64,000 nucleotides of DNA. Origin: Chthoniobacterales bacterium (GTDB lineage: Bacteria; Verrucomicrobiota; Verrucomicrobiia; Chthoniobacterales; Chthoniobacteraceae). Below, piece by piece: positions 60,548 through 64,000 of the stretch. How positions within the stretch are numbered: position 1 is the first letter of the stretch; every line of letters starts with the position of its first letter. The position numbers and the translations under genes are program-made. The stretch lies in NCBI GenBank assembly GCA_038207335.1, contig JBBQZX010000002.1, forward strand, positions 160,001-224,000, written 5' to 3'. Under the pieces are notes generated by a model. The model had not been told where the DNA came from and searched no databases. It was given only the letters and a program-made list of their open reading frames with translations.

Positions 60548-60793
60548 TCACTGCGGCCAGTTCTTCGCTTTTCTGCGGAAGCGCCAGAAGCTGTAAGCCA
60601 GAATGGACAATGCGGTGGCGCAAATCGGAATGAGAAAGAGATTCATTCGATCGATGAACAACCGGGGCCCATCTCCAAAAGTGAAAACCATCGTCAGGAC
60701 AAACAAACTCAAAGCCACCACGATCCAGCAAGCGATCTTGAATCGTCTCACCTCATGTGGGGGAGCAGGCGGGGCGGGAGATGGAGAATTCAT
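60548..60793 (-). CDS. Small 2-TM hypothetical protein
   Basis: Two hydrophobic segments followed by basic tail. Confidence 0.5.
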   Translation of the reverse strand: MNSPSPAPPAPPHEVRRFKIACWIVVALSLFVLTMVFTFGDGPRLFIDRMNLFLIPICATALSILAYSFWRFRRKAKNWPQ

Positions 60794-60917
60794 GATGTGA
60801 TGAGGTGTTGAGTATTCGTGACGCTCGGATCCGTGCGCTGCAACGCATGGTAATGCGCCGGATCGGTTAGCTAAAACCTTTTGTCCAACTTTACGTTGCG
60901 AGCGCTGTTACGCTGGC

Positions 60918-61289
60918 ATGAAAAACTTGCTCCTGCCCCTCCTCGCCATCCTCGGTCTCCTGGTATCCGCGCAAAATACGCTTCTCGCGGAGCCACCGAA
61001 AATCGACCAAATCATCGACACGCTCCATGCCGCAAAGGAAGCGAAAGATCCGGTGCCTCTGCTGGAAAAAGCGCGCGGGGAATTATCCAACTTCAAGCCC
61101 GCGGGAAACACGGCTGGGATGGGACGGAAGAAATCCGCTGGAATCAAGGCCGCGGCGCACGACGACAAGCACGACGCCATGGAGGCGATTGGCGATGCGA
61201 TCGATGTGGCGAAGAAAGGCGGCGACGCAACACCGAAGATCACCCACGCTATTGCCCTCGTGCATAAGTCGGGCGACGGGAAGAATTGA
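60918..61289 (+). CDS. Small secreted hypothetical protein
   Basis: Signal peptide MKNLLLPLLAILGLLVSAQNTLLA; ends ~20 nt before attC-like GTCTAAC. Confidence 0.7.
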   Translation: MKNLLLPLLAILGLLVSAQNTLLAEPPKIDQIIDTLHAAKEAKDPVPLLEKARGELSNFKPAGNTAGMGRKKSAGIKAAAHDDKHDAMEAIGDAIDVAKKGGDATPKITHAIALVHKSGDGKN

Positions 61290-61423
61290 GATGCCGCGAC
61301 GTAGCGACGTCTAACCGACCCCAAGCTCAGCGACTGCGGAGGGCGGCGGGGTAGCTGCATGGCGGCGGAAGGCGGCGGCGGAAGCAGGTGCCGTGACGCA
61401 CTGAGCGGTTCGCAGCCCATGAT

Positions 61424-61684
61424 TTATGCGCGCTTGAGCTCTTCGACGTTGGCGATCATGCCGATGACGCTGTATTCGCGGACTTCGGGGGTCTTGGGGA
61501 CGGCGAGGGGGTCGTCATCGTCGAAGGGGAATTGGGTGCGGCTGCCGGCGGCGGTCATGTCGGGCGTGTAGGTGTCGGGGTCCACTTCGATCTCGCTGCC
61601 GATGGCTTTCACGGCTTCGCCGATGGCGGGGGTGTAGTCGGAGGCGAAATGTCTTTCGACGACGATTTTCAGCGGCGGTGTCAT
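61424..61684 (-). CDS. Small acidic hypothetical protein
   Basis: MTPPLKIVVERHF...EELKRA; C-ending codon usage like neighbouring gene. Confidence 0.55.
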   Translation of the reverse strand: MTPPLKIVVERHFASDYTPAIGEAVKAIGSEIEVDPDTYTPDMTAAGSRTQFPFDDDDPLAVPKTPEVREYSVIGMIANVEELKRA

Positions 61685-61733
61685 GTGGGAACAATGAGCG
61701 TCGAATCCGATCCGGGTAAAAATGCTGCTGAGG

Positions 61734-63116
61734 CTACAGCGACAGGGGCTGACCGGGGGTGGGGATGATGACTTCGGTGCCGGGGAGGTCGGCGCTGAGG
61801 GTGGCGCGGAACCATTCGGCGGCGGAGGGGTCGCCGTGGACGAGGAGGATTTTGCGGGGGCGGACGCGGTTGGCGTAGGCGCGGAGGGATTCGCGGGAGG
61901 CGTGGCCGCTGAAGGCGAAGGATTCGACTTTGCACCGCAGTTCCTGCGGCGGGAAATCGGGGCTGACTTGGACGAGGTCGCCGGGGGCTGCAGCGCGGAT
62001 TTTTCCCGCAGGGGAGGCCGGGTCGGCGTATCCAACGAACATGAGGGACTGCGTGGGGTCGCTGAGGATGTGGCGCGCGACGGTGTTGGAGATGGTTTTC
62101 TCGGTCATCATGCCGCTGGAGAGGGCGTAGACGCGCTCGGGTTTGATGGCGAGCATCGCGGCTTCCTGGCCGCCGACGACGAAGGGGGCGACTTCGTCGA
62201 GGAGCTGCAGGCCGGGGTGCTGGCGCGGGGCTTTGCCAGCGAGGCGGTCGGTGATTTCGGTGACTTTCGCGCCGAGGCCGCCGATGTAGATGGCGCAGTC
62301 GCGGGCGAGGAGGCCGCGCGTTTTGAAGCCGTGAAACATGGCGAGGAGCTCCTGCGTCTTGCCGAGCGCGAAGAGGGGCATGAGGACGCCGCCGCCCCCG
62401 GCGAATGCGGTCTGGATGGCCTCGGCGAGGCGGAGCTCTTCGGCGGCGCGGGTGTAGCCTTCGGGCGCTGCGTGGTCGCCGCGCGTGGTCTCCATGATGA
62501 GCACGTCGAGGGGCTCGTCGGGGAATTGCGCGGCCTGCATGAGGGTCTGGTCGTCGAAATTGACGTCGCCGGTGTAGAAGATGGAGCGGCCTTCGGCGCG
62601 GAGGAGGACACCGGCGGAGCCGAGGATGTGGCCGGCATCGAACAGCTCCAGCGAGACGTCCGCCGTCTCGCTGACGCCGAGCCTTTCACCCGAAAGATCG
62701 AACCGCTGGCGGAGTGGCACGGGCAGCCAGCGGCGCGCGCAGCCGTCGAGTTCGCGATGGGTGTAGAGCGGGTAGGAGGTGATGCCCTCGTCGCGCTTTT
62801 TCATCATGACATTCACGGAATTGTGGAGCATGGCCTCGCTGAGGGCGCGGGTGGCCTCGGTCAGGAAGACGGGGGCGCGCGGGTGGCGGCGCATGAGGAC
62901 CGGGGCCGAGCCGACGTGGTCCTGGTGCGCGTGGGTGAGGACGATGGCGTCGAGGGAGTCGTCGTCGATGAGGGCGTGGTTTGGGAGGCCGGCGTCGCCC
63001 TCGATGCGGGGATGGGCGCCGGAGTCGAGGACGACGCGGCGGCCTGCGATGTCGAGGAGGTAGGAGTTCGCGCCGATTTCGACCGCGCGTGTGAGGTTTG
63101 TGAAGGTAATCGGCAT
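61734..63116 (-). CDS. Metallo-beta-lactamase/beta-CASP ribonuclease
   Basis: EIGANS, THAHQDH, AGHILGS, YTGD, FSGHA, LVHGD. Confidence 0.9.
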   Translation of the reverse strand: MPITFTNLTRAVEIGANSYLLDIAGRRVVLDSGAHPRIEGDAGLPNHALIDDDSLDAIVLTHAHQDHVGSAPVLMRRHPRAPVFLTEATRALSEAMLHNSVNVMMKKRDEGITSYPLYTHRELDGCARRWLPVPLRQRFDLSGERLGVSETADVSLELFDAGHILGSAGVLLRAEGRSIFYTGDVNFDDQTLMQAAQFPDEPLDVLIMETTRGDHAAPEGYTRAAEELRLAEAIQTAFAGGGGVLMPLFALGKTQELLAMFHGFKTRGLLARDCAIYIGGLGAKVTEITDRLAGKAPRQHPGLQLLDEVAPFVVGGQEAAMLAIKPERVYALSSGMMTEKTISNTVARHILSDPTQSLMFVGYADPASPAGKIRAAAPGDLVQVSPDFPPQELRCKVESFAFSGHASRESLRAYANRVRPRKILLVHGDPSAAEWFRATLSADLPGTEVIIPTPGQPLSL

Positions 63117-63206
63117 GTCCAGGCGGACGATGCGGGACATCGGCGGGAATGGGAATGCGGAACTCCGCGCGCGGGCCGCCGGGCACTCATTTTTGGGCCA
63201 CCCGCA

Positions 63207-63234
63207 TTGACTTCAAAGTCGCCGCTCCTATTGT
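63207..63234 (+). promoter_or_regulatory. Sigma70-type promoter for polyprenyl synthase
   Basis: TTGACT-N16-TATTGT, 7 nt before GTG 63242. Confidence 0.5.
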
Positions 63235-63241
63235 CCGCGCG

Positions 63242-64000
63242 GTGAATAAAGCCGCGAAGCTCGAACCTGCGATCGACAAAAATCAGTCATTAAAAACCAC
63301 GTTCGAGCTGATTAATTCGCAGCTCTACTCGGTCGAGGAACGCATCCGACAGCAAGCGCGGGCGTTCGATCCGGCGGTGGAGGGATACGTCGCGTATGCG
63401 ATCGAAAGTCACGGCAAACGTCTGCGCCCCGCGCTCGCGCTGCTCGCGGGCGGCGCGACTGGAAATATCTGCGCGGGACATTTCGACCTCGCGGTCGTCG
63501 TCGAGCTCATCCACGCAGCGACGCTCGTCCACGACGACATCCTCGACGGCGCGGACAAGCGGCGCGGCCAGCCGACCGCGAATGCCAAGTGGGGCAACTC
63601 GATCTCCGTGCTGCTCGGCGACTGCCTTTTCGCGCACGCGCTGAAGCTCTCGTCGAACTTTCCGAATGGCGAGATCGGCCGCCGCATCGCGCACGCGGCG
63701 AGCGATGTCTGCTCCGGCGAGATCATCCAGACGCAGCGGCGCTTCGACCTGAGCCTGAGCGTGCCCGACTACTATAAGATCATCGAGATGAAGACCGGCG
63801 CGCTCTTCGCCGCATCGACGGAACTCGCGGCGTTCATCAATGAGGCGGATGTGGAGGTGATCAGCGCGTTCAAGATTTTCGGCCTGCGGCTCGGCACGGC
63901 GTATCAGATTTACGACGACTGTGTGGACCTCGCAGGCGACGAAGCGAAGGCCGGGAAAACGCTCGGCAGCGATTTGCGAAAAGGAAAGCTGACGCTGCCG
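63242..64000 (+). CDS. Polyprenyl diphosphate synthase (IspB-like), 3' truncated by window edge
   Basis: Read manually (absent from ORF track): GKRLRP, ELIHAATLVHDDILD, RRG, KTGALF, YQIYDD. Confidence 0.92.
   Translation, partial: MNKAAKLEPAIDKNQSLKTTFELINSQLYSVEERIRQQARAFDPAVEGYVAYAIESHGKRLRPALALLAGGATGNICAGHFDLAVVVELIHAATLVHDDILDGADKRRGQPTANAKWGNSISVLLGDCLFAHALKLSSNFPNGEIGRRIAHAASDVCSGEIIQTQRRFDLSLSVPDYYKIIEMKTGALFAASTELAAFINEADVEVISAFKIFGLRLGTAYQIYDDCVDLAGDEAKAGKTLGSDLRKGKLTLP

Larger units (their letters stand above)
60102..61430 (+). mobile_element. Degenerate attC-like gene cassette array without nearby integrase
   Basis: Three related ~40-bp motifs at 60102-60141, 60818-60857, 61393-61430 separating small ORFs; third preceded by GTCTAAC (RYYYAAC) at 61309 and AAGCTCAGCGA. 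Confidence 0.6.

Noticed and set aside
60102..61430. Repeated motifs as a CRISPR array
   Set aside because: Spacing is hundreds of bases and contains ORFs; no cas genes

Overview
GC-rich bacterial chromosomal segment, most consistent with Verrucomicrobia (Chthoniobacterales-like). The assignment is inferred from a PEP-CTERM protein, a DUF1592/DUF1552 pair and the style of the rpoB, rpoC, rpsB and tsf genes. Left to right, the window holds: the 3' part of a squalene/phytoene synthase; a guanidine/urea carboxylase operon (NikR-like regulator, two DUF1989 subunits, carboxylase, allophanate hydrolase) divergent from an ABC importer; a histone-like protein; a BNR-propeller plus MoaD/ThiS pair; a decayed ~3.8 kb region (frameshifted PEP-CTERM protein and sulfatase); DUF1552/DUF1592; paoABC-xdhC-mocA; ACP, LOG, aroF, spmAB, a PstS-like gene and rplM-rpsI; an ATP-grasp/alpha-E fusion; a sugar-acid catabolic cluster; rpsB-tsf; an Ig-like surface protein; pduO; rpoB-rpoC; trpF; an Anbu protease; ychF; a degenerate attC-like cassette array; a beta-CASP nuclease; and the start of a polyprenyl synthase. 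The best candidate for an undescribed system is the guanidine-type carboxylase locus. I see no guanidine riboswitch there. It carries instead a NikR-family regulator whose Cys nickel ligand is replaced by Ser, two NikR-type operators (6-16-6 spacing) and a sigma54 promoter. The second-best candidate is an integrase-less attC cassette cluster after ychF. No rRNA, tRNA, CRISPR array, transposase or integrase was seen. All calls were made by eye, without database searches.
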